Assembly (NCBI RefSeq): GCF_009914755.1
Contig: NC_060945.1
Source of the DNA: the human T2T-CHM13v2.0 reference genome, Homo sapiens
Direction: 5' to 3' (one strand)
DNA length: 64,000 bases
The notes beneath the pieces were generated by a model, which was given only the letters and a program-made list of their open reading frames with translations, was not told the DNA's origin and ran no database searches. The position numbers and the translations under genes are program-made. Numbering within the stretch: position 1 is the stretch's first letter; every line of letters starts with the position of its first letter. This document shows, in pieces, positions 51,670-64,000 of this stretch.

Positions 51670-51924
51670 GTTTTTTGACTTTGTTTTTTTAGAGCAGTTT
51701 TAGGTTCACTGCAAAATTGAGAGGAAGGTACAGAGGTTCCCCATGTCTCCCCACCCCACACATGCATAGCCTCCACCATTATTGACATCCCCTACCAGAG
51801 TGGTACATTTGTTGCAGTCAATAAACCTAACTGACACATCATTATCACCCAGAGTCCATAGTTTACATTCAGGTTCACTCTTGGTGTTCGGCATTCTATG
51901 AGTTTGGACAAATGTATAATGACA
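51670..51924 (-). mobile_element. L1MC1/2-like 3' end
   Basis: TTTAGAGCAGTTTTAGGTTCACTGCAAAATTGAG..CAGAGTGGTACATTTGTT; TSD TGTTTTCCTTAT (51658-51669 and 51925-51936). Confidence 0.88.
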
Positions 51925-54114
51925 TGTTTTCCTTATTTTCAATGGTTCTTTGAAGAGCATTCATAGTGCTTCATTAAAATATATTTCTTTTTATATTGTA
52001 TTTTTCTTAATTGAAACACATAAACATTTTGTCATTTAGCTGCAATTTCATTCAATTTAAAATGCATTTCATCTTCATAAGAAGTAATTTATAGTTTAAA
52101 TTTAAAATATTACCTTTTAAAATGATGATCTTTAATATACAGTGAAAGCTTAAGTTTTTAGCATAGTAGATAGTATAACTAGAGCTTGGTGATTAATGCT
52201 AAGCTAGTGAGTGAACTACTTTATTATGGAAATAAATAAGTATAAAATATTAATTTATCTCTTAAAATTTGAAGTACTAAGTTTTATTCCTCATAATTAC
52301 TTGTATTTTTCCCAATTGAATACTTCTACTTTTTGAAGAAAGATATAACTGTGTTGAATGTTATAATTCACTGGCAGTCATGATATACTTTTTAAAGACT
52401 GAGCCTGTTAACATGATTTTAATAAAAATCAGGAGAGTGAAAATTTAAACTAAAAACAGATTCCAGCTTTCTCCAACATCTTTATCACTTTCCTTATGGG
52501 CAGTGTTAAATGTATCTTATTCTCTTTAATTTTTCCTTATTGAGTTTAAAGTAATAACAAATAGCAAATCTTAAATGTGACTTAAGTATATACTAAGTGT
52601 TCCCTATTGACTGACTCCTATTCATTTATTTCTCCTGTTGGATATTTTCGTAAGCATGTAGCATAGAGCTATTAGGAAGGTTGGAGAAGGTTCCAATCAG
52701 GAGATGAATTTTGAGCTGGTCTTGAAAGCAAGTAATGAGTGAAAAAGAGGTGAGGTGGGTGACTTTGGGTACAATTCCATTCAGGATGAGATGATAGCAG
52801 GTGAAAAAGTACAGAGCTAATTTTTTCTATAAAGCAACAGAAAGCTGAAAAAATTAAATTTCAAAACAATACCAGTTACAATACTATCAACCATCATAAC
52901 ATATTAAGAATAAATTCAACCAAATGTGTGGTAGGCAATTTTTGTATATCAGCTTTGTATTCTCTGACCTCATTAAATTCACTTATTAATTCTAGTAAGT
53001 TAAAATTTTTTTCTTATGATTTTTCTACATAAAAGAACATATCAACTACTAATATGAAGTCTTCTGTTCACTTTTTACGTTATTTATTTATGTATTTTTG
53101 CCTTATTGAACTGGCTATTACCTCTAGTATAGCACAAACTACAAAACATTGCAGAGAATAAGTAAAATATATCTAAATATATCTAATATAAAATATATCT
53201 AAATAAATAATGAAATATACCATGTTTATACGTTGGCAGATTCAAGACTGTTAGGACATCTATTCTCTCCCAAATATAAACTTAACACTATTCCAAATAA
53301 AATCTCAGCATGCTTTAAAAAAAATCTAGAGGCCAATTCTAATATATTTATGGATTGCTGAAGACCTAGAATATGCACATTCTGAAAAAAAATTTTATTG
53401 GAGAATTCACACACCTGATTTCAAGGTATACTTTAAAGCTTCTATAATTGAGACAATATGGCATTAGTATAAGGAGAGACAAGTAGATCCAAGAAAAAAA
53501 AAAGTGTCTAGAAGTTGTTCCATAGTTACATGGTAATCAATTTTTGGCAAAGTGCCAAAGTAAATCAATGGGAAAAGAACAATTTCAACAAATGATGTGG
53601 TACATCTGTATGTCTGCATGGGAAAATAAATTAACCCTGACCTCTGCCTCACACCATCCACAACATTTTTTAAGATGGGAAGTAGACCTCAATGTAAAAG
53701 ATAAAATGGTAAAACTTCCAGAAGCATAGGAGAATGTCTTTGTGCTCTTGCCACTGCCATCGATTTTTAGGCTAGGACACAAACACTATCTATAAAAAGA
53801 AAAACTGATAAGACTTCAGAACAATACATCATTAGGATAATTAAAAGGCAGAATAAACAAGAATAAAATATTATCTCTCTTGCTCTGTGTGTGTGTGCAC
53901 ATGTGTATGTGCGAGCATGTGCATCTTAAATCCGGAATACATAAAGAACTCTTAAAAATCAAGAATAAAAGTATAAACAGGCAGTAATACATAGGCAAAG
54001 ACTTGAATAGATACTGCACAAAAGAAAATATAGGAATGGCCAATAAATACATGGAAAAGTAACAAGGTGTTCAGCGTCATTGGTTGTCAGTGAAATGGAA
54101 ATACATCTCCATAA

Positions 54115-54402
<288 letters not shown>

Positions 54403-54563
54403 GAGAACATGTCATACCCACTAGAATGACTAGTGCTTAAAAAATGGACAATATAAGAGTTGCAGGGAATGTGGAGCTCACACATTGCTGATGGGAGTGT
54501 AAAATGTTACAAAACTTTAGAAAACAGTTTGGGATTTCTCATAAAGTTATAAATACACCTATT

Positions 54564-54857
<294 letters not shown>

Positions 54858-55369
54858 GGGGCAGGGGGAACCACCTATCTTAGGTCCAGCAATCCCACTG
54901 CTAGGGAAATGAGGGAAATAAAAACAAATATTCATAAAAAATATTGTATATGAATATAACACTTTTATCCATAATAGTCTAAACCTGAAACAACCCACAT
55001 GCCCTTCAATAGGTGAATGGATAAGCAAATTTATGATACAGTCAAACAAATGACTATTTCTCAGCAATAAAATGAATGAACTATTGATACACACAATAAT
55101 GTGGGTGAATCCATACTTTCCAATTCTTTTAATTGAGGCTTGAGAACAGCAAAAATTAAGCCATGGTCAAAGAAATTGGATCAGGTGTTGCTTGGAGGAG
55201 AGGGAGGATAAGTCATGGTAAAGGGGCATGAGAGAATCTTCTGACATGATGGGAATGTTCTAGATCATGATTGGGGTTGCACATATATATACATTTGTCA
55301 AAACTCACAGAACTGTACACTTAAAATCTGTGCAGTTAGTGTAATAAATTTTACACTGACTAATCCAAT

Positions 55370-56320
55370 TAAGAGATTGAAAAAGCCACAGAATAAGGAA
55401 AAATCTAAAAGACATATACCCCTAAGTTATATATTTTCAAAATCTTCCTAGAACTCATTAAGAAAAATACAGACAGTCCAATGAAAAAAGCCAAATGACT
55501 TGAGCAAGACCTCACATATCAGGGTTTTCAAAATGGTCAATAAATTTATGAAATGTGGCTTAACATCATGGAAATGCAAATTAAAACCACAATGAATGTC
55601 ATTACCCAACAACCAGAATGGGAGAAACTTCAAAAACTGACAGTGCCAGGTGTCTTAGTGGATGTGAAATACTTGGAACTCTCATACACCACTCATTGGA
55701 ATGTTAATTGAAGAACTATTTAGGAAAGTTGTTGGGCAGCATCTGTGAATGCTGATCCTCTGCATATCCTTTGATCTAGTAATCCCATTCCTAGTTTTAT
55801 ACCCAAAACAAATGTGCATATAAATGTACCAGGAAGCATTTGCAAGTATGTTCATGGCAACTTTATTCATAATGGCCTCAAACATGCCTACCAACCATAC
55901 AATGGATACATGCACTGTGGTACATTCATACATGCAATGAAATACGGATATTATTGCTACTCCTAATAACAGGGATAAATTTTGCAAAAAAAAAAAAAAA
56001 ATAGAGCTAAAGAAGCCAGACACAAGATTATATACTGTATAATTCTACTTCAAAATTAATTTAAACTTACATGAAGTTCAAAAAACTGGTAAAACGAATC
56101 TGTGGTATTTGGTTGCTGAATAATGGTTATCTTTTGGGGACACAGGTAATTATTGGTAAGGTACACCAGGGAGTCATCTGGGATAATAGAAAAATTCTAC
56201 ATACTGATTAGGTGGTGTTTACATAGGTGTATTCACCTTGTAAAAAAAAATTAAGTTTTATACTTACGATTAATGTATCTTTCTATATGCATGCTTCATT
56301 TTAATAAAAGATTTATATTA
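55370..56320 (+). mobile_element. Second L1ME-like 3' region
   Basis: GGAAATGCAAATTAAAACCACAATG..GGAACTCTCATACAC..AAGAAGCCAGACACAA..TTTTAATAAAAG. Confidence 0.75.
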
Positions 56321-56652
56321 AATTAAAATGGAAGAAATAATGAAGGCCTGAAGTAATGTTAATAGAGAGAAGGGGAGAAAAGTGCCTGATTTTAAGGATA
56401 TTTCAGAGGTAAATTCCATAGGATTTGGTGATTGATTGGTTTTGAGGAATCCAGATGAAATAGAGATGAGAACAAGCTAGCCTGGTGGAAGAGGGTGATA
56501 TCATCAATGGAGACTGAAAATATAAGCAACGAAGGAGTTTGAGGTGAGGAACGAGATGGGGTGATGGAGGAAGTAGGATCATAAAATGGATGTACAGAAT
56601 TAAGAAACTTTGGGACTATGGTTATGCCTGGGGCAACTGAAAGTAAAGATCT

Positions 56653-56944
56653 GCTGGGCATGGTGGCTCATGCCTGTAATTCCAGCACTTTGGGAGGTTG
56701 AGGGAGTGTGGATCGCTTCAGCCCAGGAGTTTGAGACCAGCCTGGGAAATATGGTAAAACCCCGTCTCTACAAAATACAAAAAAATTAGCTGGGCATGGT
56801 GGTGCATGCCTGTAGTCACCTATTTGGGAGGCTGAGGCAGGAGAACCACTTGAGTCCAGGAGGTCAAAGTTGCAGTGAGCCGAGATTGCGCCATTGCACT
56901 CCAGCCTGGGTGACAGAGAGAGACTCTGTCTCAAAAGAAGAAAA
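56653..56944 (+). mobile_element. AluJb-like, inserted in an L2 (minus, about 56330-56990)
   Basis: GGATCGCTTCAGCCCAGGAGTTTGAG; TSD AAAGTAAAGATCT. Confidence 0.94.
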
Positions 56945-57363
56945 AAAGTAAAGATCTGAAAGCTTAGAAATAGGTTAGGGAGGGGGATATTGTCTTCCCA
57001 TCATTATTATATAAGGTAGTTTGCCATAACTATCATATGAGGTATTTAGGTCATCCTTTTTTGCTGATTTCACCTTGGCTTTATTCTACACTTTGATCTA
57101 GTATGTAAGCTTTTTTTTTCTTTCTTAAATCTCTTTGATTCTTCTGATTGCTTCCTCCTTATGTATAACCTCATCTGTTTTTTAAATGGATTGGATGGAG
57201 AGTTCAAACCTCACCTGACTTCCTGCACTAAAGCTCTTGTTTGTTTGGAATACAATTTGGGGGTGTTATCTCCTTATCTAAGCAACGTTTATGGTTGTGT
57301 AATCATTCTATTCTAAGTTTGTTTGCATTGTACTATAAGATGCCTTTTTCTATGCTTGGAGTT

Positions 57364-58042
<679 letters not shown>

Positions 58043-58308
58043 AGGTTTGTTGAGTTTCTTGGCTATATATGTTTATGGTTTTCATCACATTTGGAAAAAT
58101 TCTTCAGCCATTATGTCTTTAAATGTTTTTTTATGTTCTCTCCCATCCTTGGGAACTCCAATTACATGTATGTTAGGCTGCCCAAGATTGTCTCACAGTT
58201 AAGTGATGCTCTGTTCATTTTTTTTTTTCAGTTTATTCCGTTTCATTTTGGAGAGTTTCTATTGCTGTGTCTTCACATTAGTCCTTTCTTTTGTGGTACA
58301 GTCACAAC

Positions 58309-58370
58309 TTCTCAGCAATAAAATGAATGAACTATTGATACACACAATAATGTGGGCAAATCCATACTTT
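58309..58370 (+). repeat. 62-bp copy of 55058-55119 inserted into an antisense L1
   Basis: TTCTCAGCAATAAAATGAATGAACTATTGATACACACAATAATGTGGG(TG/CA)AATCCATACTTT, 60/62 identical. Confidence 0.95.
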
Positions 58371-58590
58371 TGTATCCATACAGTGTCTAATGTGCTGTTA
58401 ATCTCATACAACAGATGGAATTTTTATTTAAGACATTGTACTTTTTATTTCTAGGAGTTGGATTTGGGTCATTTTAATATATCCAAATCTCTATTAAAAA
58501 TGTTTCATCTTTCTCCTGCCTTCTTGTACATATGGAATATAGTTACAATGGAAATAGAGTTACAATATAGTTTTAATGTCCTTGTCTACT

Positions 58591-58662
58591 AATTCTATCA
58601 GTTGTAGATCCATCATTTCTGGATCAAATTCTATCAGTTGTAGATCCATCATTTCTGGATCA
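58591..58662. repeat. 36-bp perfect tandem duplication
   Basis: AATTCTATCAGTTGTAGATCCATCATTTCTGGATCA at 58591-58626 and 58627-58662. Confidence 0.95.
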
Positions 58663-59418
58663 ATTTCTATTGATTAACTTTTTCTTTCATTATGTTTTGT
58701 CATATTTTTCTGCTTCTTTGTGTACCTGGTAATATTTGATTGGATGTTGTTCATTGTAAATTTTATCTTGTTGGGGTTATTGATATTTTTGTATTCCTGT
58801 AAATATCTGAGTTTTATTGGGATGCAGTTACGAAAATAGTCTGAGCCTTTCAAACTTTTAAGCTTTGTGATTTGGGAGGAGAGCAGCCTTTAGTTTACGG
58901 CTAATTTTGCCCCATTACTCAAACAATACTCTTCTGAGTACTCTCTATCCAATGCTTCATGAATGAAGTTTTCCACTCCTGCTGGGAGACACCTGAACTA
59001 TTCCCTGTCTTGTGTGAGCTCCAGTATTTGCTTTCTTTGTTCCTTTCATATGGTTCTTTGCCTATCCGTCAACCTTTGCCTCACAGGCATGCAGTGAACA
59101 TTATTAAGCTGGAGACATGAGGGGGACTCTCTGCAGATCACTGGAGTTCTCTATGAAGCTCCCTTTCTTCAGCATTCTTCTCTGCAAATTCCAGCTGCCT
59201 TGGTTTTTCCAGATGACCAGCTCCAGCTTCTTAACTCTGATTGACCACCAGGCTCCCCACTTGGGTTTCCTCTCTTCAGGCAGTAATCTGGGGCACCCAT
59301 AGGACTCATTTTATTTGTTTCCCACTCTCAGGGAACACTGTCCTGTGTTGCTAGAATCCAATAGAAAAACCATTGTTTCATTTTTTTTTTTCTGATTTTT
59401 TAGTTTCTGGTGGGAGGG

Positions 59419-59792
59419 TGTATTAGTTCTTGCATTGCTATAAAGAAATATATAAAACTGGGTAATTTATAAAGAAAAGTTTAATTAGCTCACAGTTCCA
59501 CAGGCTGTACAGGAAGCATAGCTGGGGAGGCCTCAGGAAACTTACAGTCATGGTGGAAGTTGAAGGGGAAGCAGGCATGTCTTCATATGTTCAGAGCAGG
59601 AGGAAGGGAAAGAAGGGGGAGGTGCTACACACTTCTTAACAACCAGATCTCATGAGAACTCACGATTACAAGAATAGCAAGGGAGAAAGCCACCTCCATG
59701 ATCCAATCACCTCCCATCAGGCCCCTCTCCCAACACTGGGGATTATAATTTGACATGAGATTTGGGCAGAGATGCAGATCCAAACCATATCA
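59419..59792 (-). mobile_element. MSTA-like MaLR solo LTR
   Basis: TGTATTAG..CACAGGCTGTACAGGAAGCAT..CCAAACCATATCA; perfect TSD GAGGG. Confidence 0.92.
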
Positions 59793-60384
59793 GAGGGTAA
59801 ACCTTGTTTCTGTTACCCTATCTTGGTCATAAGCAGAAATCCAGATGCATTCTGCAAACATATTTTTTCTTTGTTTTCTCCCATTGGCACTTAGTCTCAT
59901 AAATCTGACAGATTTCTATTTATGAAGAAGTAGTAAATGGGCCACACCTGTGTGACTTTCTTCCTCAGGGAATCAAAGGAAGTCATTCCTTACGTTTCAA
60001 TTCAATTCAATTCCTATCATTGAATTCTATCTGTGTGACTGAAACTAATTCTTGAAAAAATGTTTCGTTCCAGTCCTCCTCTTTCTTTTTTAATGCCTTT
60101 CAGCTGTTCCCAATACTATCTGATGGAAACACTGAAGTTACACTGATGGCTGTTCAGCATCAGTGGCCAAGAGCACAGATATTGGCATCAATCAGAGCTG
60201 GATCTGCATCTTGGCACAACTACTGCATAATCACAGCATTCCTTGAGCTCTTGCTACCTGGCCAGGCAAGGTGTGATGGGCTTTTATATGAACGATTTCA
60301 ATGAGTATTCACAACAATCCTACCTAATAGCATAGTTGGCGTTATTATTATGAGTTATCACATGGAGGTCTGCAACAGCAGTCA

Positions 60385-60590
60385 GTGTGTCTGAGTTGAA
60401 TCCTGGCATTACCCCTTACTATCTTTGCATTATTGAGGAAGTCCTTTAACCTCTTCAAGCTTTGGATTCTTCATTTGTAAAGTGGTAATAACATCTTCCT
60501 CAATGTGCTGTGAAGACTCTAAAAGAAAAAATATATAAAGTGCTTAGCACAGTGATTGGTGCACATGAGTGCTCAATAAAAGGTGACTAG
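60385..60590 (+). mobile_element. MIR (other MIR pieces at about 60160-60350)
   Basis: GAGTTGAATCCTGGC..TTTAACCTCT..TTGTAAAGTGG..AAAGTGCTTAGCACAGTGATTGG..GTGCTCAATAAA. Confidence 0.75.
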
Positions 60591-60672
60591 ATGCATTATT
60601 TTTCTGTGAAACATTGAGAATAAAAGGGATGTTGCCTTGTAGCTTTCAAACAAAGACTTTTTGGAAACTTGA

Positions 60673-61135
60673 TAAAGAGGCCATGAGAATGCACCTCCCA
60701 GACCTTCTACCACAGGGCATAGTAGAAGGCCATTTGTAATTGGCCTATGGCACCAGCTACTAAGTTTTGAAATGCATGGGTACCTTTGCTTGAGGCTTGA
60801 GGCTATACTTCCCATGGGCTGCTCCTTGCCAGTGATGCAGTGTAGTGGGGATACAAAGGCAGACTCATTCATAGAGCCATGGGACTCCTACCAGTGTCCA
60901 CTTAGGCTCAAGGACTTTCTGCTAACTTTGTTGAACCTTCGTTAGACTGCACTGTATTTCTACGATGCTTCCATGCAATCTTCTCTCCTCTCTTCTTTGC
61001 TTGAGATTAGGCTTGCAATGGAGTCTTATTGCTCTACCTGCTGTTTCCTTTCACACAGGCATTCCTTCTAATCAATTCCTTGCATGTTTAATCCTGTTCC
61101 AGGTGTTGGCTTGTTAGAGGATCTGAACTAACACA
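60673..61135 (+). mobile_element. LTR16A-like ERVL solo LTR
   Basis: GGCCATGAGAATGCACC..CTTCCCATGGGCTGCTCC..GAGGATCTGAACTAACACA; near-TSD CTTGA/CTTGC. Confidence 0.8.
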
Positions 61136-62000
61136 CTTGCGTTCTTGTTCAGTGTACCCTGGCAATCATGCTGATTGGAACTTGCAAAGGGTTTTTCCTG
61201 GCCCCTATCTCAGGAAAATGATGTTCACCACTATTTTCCTTAGAAGTCTCTCTTCATTCCTCCAATGGTTCCTTGACCTCATTCATTTGATTTCCCACCA
61301 TATTTTAACAGTGAGAGTCACCTCCCATCACCCTTCTTTGATTTTCCTTCCAGCCACCTATATTTAGTAATTCATTCTTCATCTGCTCCTTTTTTTCTCT
61401 CTCTTCCTTGCAACTTTGAATTGTAGGATGTTTAGTGAGACATCCTATATCCTTCATATATCTTTGCACTTCCTCAACTTTTAATTGCAGTCAACTTTGC
61501 AAATTTGCATAGAGATTTTCTTTATATAATTAAGTTACATATAATGGAATTTTTACCGTTTTTGTGATTCTTTCTTATAACTCTATGTTCTACATAACCC
61601 TGCATTTAAATACTCATTCAGTTTAGTATTGGACAAATTACTTCTCTGATTCTCAAACTCCTCGCTGTGAAACAGGGATGAGCATACATGCCCCTTCTGG
61701 TTGTTGTGAAGATTAAATGAACACACATCAATGGAACCTAGCTCTGTGCCCAATGTTTGGCAAAAGTTAGTTCATTCTCCTACCTAGGTAACTCAAAATC
61801 TAAGACAGTTCTTGGTTGTATTAAGAAGAAATAAAATACTGCTTAAACTGAAAACATTCAAAGATAGAAAGCAGGCTCATAGAAGTTAGCACAGCTAAGG
61901 GCAAGATTTGAATTCAGATTTCCTGATCCCAGAGTGTGCCTTAATTACTAATCATTTATTATAAAAGAAGACAAAAAGTACTTCACTTCTATCTTGTCAG

Positions 62001-62338
62001 TGTGTTAGTCTGTTTGGGCTGCTATAACAAAATACTATAAACTGGGAGGCTTACAAAACAGAATTTTATTTTTCACAGTTCTGGAGGCTGGGAAGTCTGA
62101 GATCCAGAAACGGGCAGATTCTGTGTCTAGAGAGGACCCACTTCCTGGTTCATGGATGGTGCCTTCTTGCCGTGTTCTCACATAGTAGAAGAAGCTAGTC
62201 AGCTCTCTGGGGTCTCTTTTATAAGTATACTAAGTGCATTAATCACTTCCTAAAAGTGCCATTTTCTAAAACCATCACCTTGGGGTTAGGATTTTCACAT
62301 ATGGATCTTGAGGGAACACAAACATTCAGATCATAGCA
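62001..62338 (-). mobile_element. MLT1A0-like MaLR solo LTR
   Basis: TGTGTTAGTCTGTTTGGGCTGCTATAACAAAATAC...AAACATTCAGATCATAGCA. Confidence 0.88.
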
Positions 62339-62782
62339 GGTGGGTTCCCCAGAAGCAGACCCTGAGACAAGGATTCATGTGCAAGTGATTTGTTATTTAT
62401 TATTTTCCTCCCAAGGGAAATCAGTAAGGAAATGAAGGAAGAATAGGGAAGGAGAGGAAGCCAAACAAGGTGCAATATTGGACAAAAGTCCTGCGGAAGA
62501 TAGGTGTGGCCTGATCCCATAGGGGAACTTAGAGAATAACGTGAGGCAGAGGAGCTTGGCTTTCATACTCCTCTGCCCAGCAGCTAAGCACCATCCAGAG
62601 AGAGGTAAAGTTGCAGGCATTTCTGAATCAACATGTGCAGGGGATGGGGGTGGGAAGCAGCTTCACTGACTGAGGGAAGTCTTCTAAAGAAGGGCTGGCC
62701 ATCGGGAGCAAGAGCAGAGAGGTGCACAAAAATGGTAAAAGGGGTCTGAAGGGTCTCGGTGGATCACCAACACTGTGTACTT
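62339..62782 (-). mobile_element. LTR16C/E-like ERVL LTR
   Basis: GGGTTCCCCAGAAGCAGACCCTGAGACAAGGATTCATGTGCAAGTGATTT is a typical antisense LTR16/LTR33-group 3' end. Confidence 0.65.
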
Positions 62783-62906
62783 CAACTCCAGCCTGCTCCC
62801 TGGGAGGCTGTTTTCACAGTTTTGTTTTCACTTAGAAGATGCTTATTTCAAAGAGCGTGCACGCAGCTGCATCTTCAACCTTTTTCCATTGACTGGATTT
62901 TTAAAT

Positions 62907-62940
62907 ACACACACACACACTCACACACACACACACACAC
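62907..62940. repeat. Interrupted (CA)n microsatellite
   Basis: ACACACACACACACTCACACACACACACACACAC. Confidence 0.95.
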
Positions 62941-63204
62941 CCCTCTATTCCAAAGGCCATCATCAAACCGGTTTATAACTGAAATTTAAATTAGGGTAAT
63001 ATCTCTTGGATAGTTTCACATTAAGGAATGATTAGTATTCCTCTTGCATAACTTCAAAGCTAAAAAATCCTCAGTGCCACCATTTTCATATTTCTTGATG
63101 CTATCTAGTCCCTTCTCAGAATCAGCAAATTAGGCTTGGGCAGGACCTGATCTCTGCTTCACCCTTGCTTTTATCTAAAATATTCTTGGCTTCTATAATA
63201 ATGA

Positions 63205-63425
63205 AGCTAATACTTATACAATTATGCCTATGTGCTGGTCTAAATGCTCTTTGTATGTTAACTCATTTAATATTTGCAACAACTCTGTTGTAATAAGTAC
63301 CAGCATAATCCCTGTTTATGGGTGAAGAAACAGGCACAAATGGGTAAGTAGTAGAAGTGGGTTTCAAACACTCTGGCTCTAACTAAAGTCCATGTTTGTA
63401 ATCATTATGCTGAAATGCCTCTCCA
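63205..63425 (-). mobile_element. MIR
   Basis: TAACTCATTTAATATTTGCAACAACTCTG..GGTGAAGAAACAGGCACA. Confidence 0.7.
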
Positions 63426-64000
63426 CGAGGGATGAAAGTCCCTCCAAAAGCAGCCTACATTGATTTCTGTTCCATCTACTTTCTCATCAATGACTTCCTG
63501 TTAGCCTGAATTGAACTAATAAGTACTCAAGACTAGTAAATACTTAGTTCCTGAACTTGGTGATTCAGATAGCAGGAAGCCCAATGTAGCTTCCTTCCAG
63601 TTTCTATTCTAGGCCATCCGTGGCTTGCTTCATATTCTCTCCCAGCAGGACTCCACAGAGGCCAGGATTTTGACACTTTTGACTATTATAAATAAAACTG
63701 ATCAAAATACCTCCTACAAATCATATGACATAATAGGGAATTAATAGACCTTTTATTAAATGATTACAAATCATACTTAAAAAGGATATAACTGCACACT
63801 GTATGATATAAAGCTTTAAAACATGCACATAAATTGATATAAGAAGGCACTTATGAAGTCCATACAGTCAAATTTATTTACCTGTATTTATTTACAGGAT
63901 CTTCAGGGAATGTTTCAGGTGGAGGAAGGGGCTCTTGGTCAATGAGCCTGAAGACTGCATGGCAACCTTTGCCAGCTTTTGGCCTGAAAACTCAACTTCT

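Larger units (their letters stand above)
58043..59845 (-). mobile_element. Old L1M 5'-portion remnant (also about 57330-57363), split by MSTA
   Basis: TTTGGAAAAATTCTTCAGCCATTAT..GGGAACTCCAATTACATGTATGTTAGG..GGGGACTCTCTGCAGATC. Confidence 0.75.

Noticed and set aside
58591-58662. 36-bp and 31-bp direct repeats as a CRISPR-like array
   Set aside because: Each has only two adjacent units with no spacers, there are no cas genes, and the context is primate.

Overview
This is primate, human-like genomic DNA (AluY, AluS and AluJ, THE1, MADE1 and Tigger1 are present), not microbial. It is AT-rich, CpG-depleted and dominated by interspersed repeats, and reads as intergenic or deep-intronic sequence. 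I found no credible protein-coding exon, RNA gene or CRISPR array; the ORF-track entries are chance ORFs or translations of Alu, LTR, L1 or transposase relics. Contents: 20 Alus, many MaLR, ERV1 and ERVL solo LTRs (several nested, many with readable target-site duplications), a complete THE1A retroelement (28060-30341), a near-full-length Tigger1 (37993-40325), a MADE1, a Charlie-type transposase relic, and L1, L2, CR1 and MIR fragments. The most unusual structures are two short segments apparently copied from nearby DNA into old L1s: 50078-50295 from 51140-51355, and 58309-58370 from 55058-55119. Also notable are a fold-back insert in Tigger1, an apparently internally primed L1 with a TSD, and two DUX4-type motifs at and near a THE1D LTR. 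I do not see evidence for a new gene system. Repeat family names come from recalled consensus sequences, so subfamily calls need RepeatMasker/Dfam confirmation.
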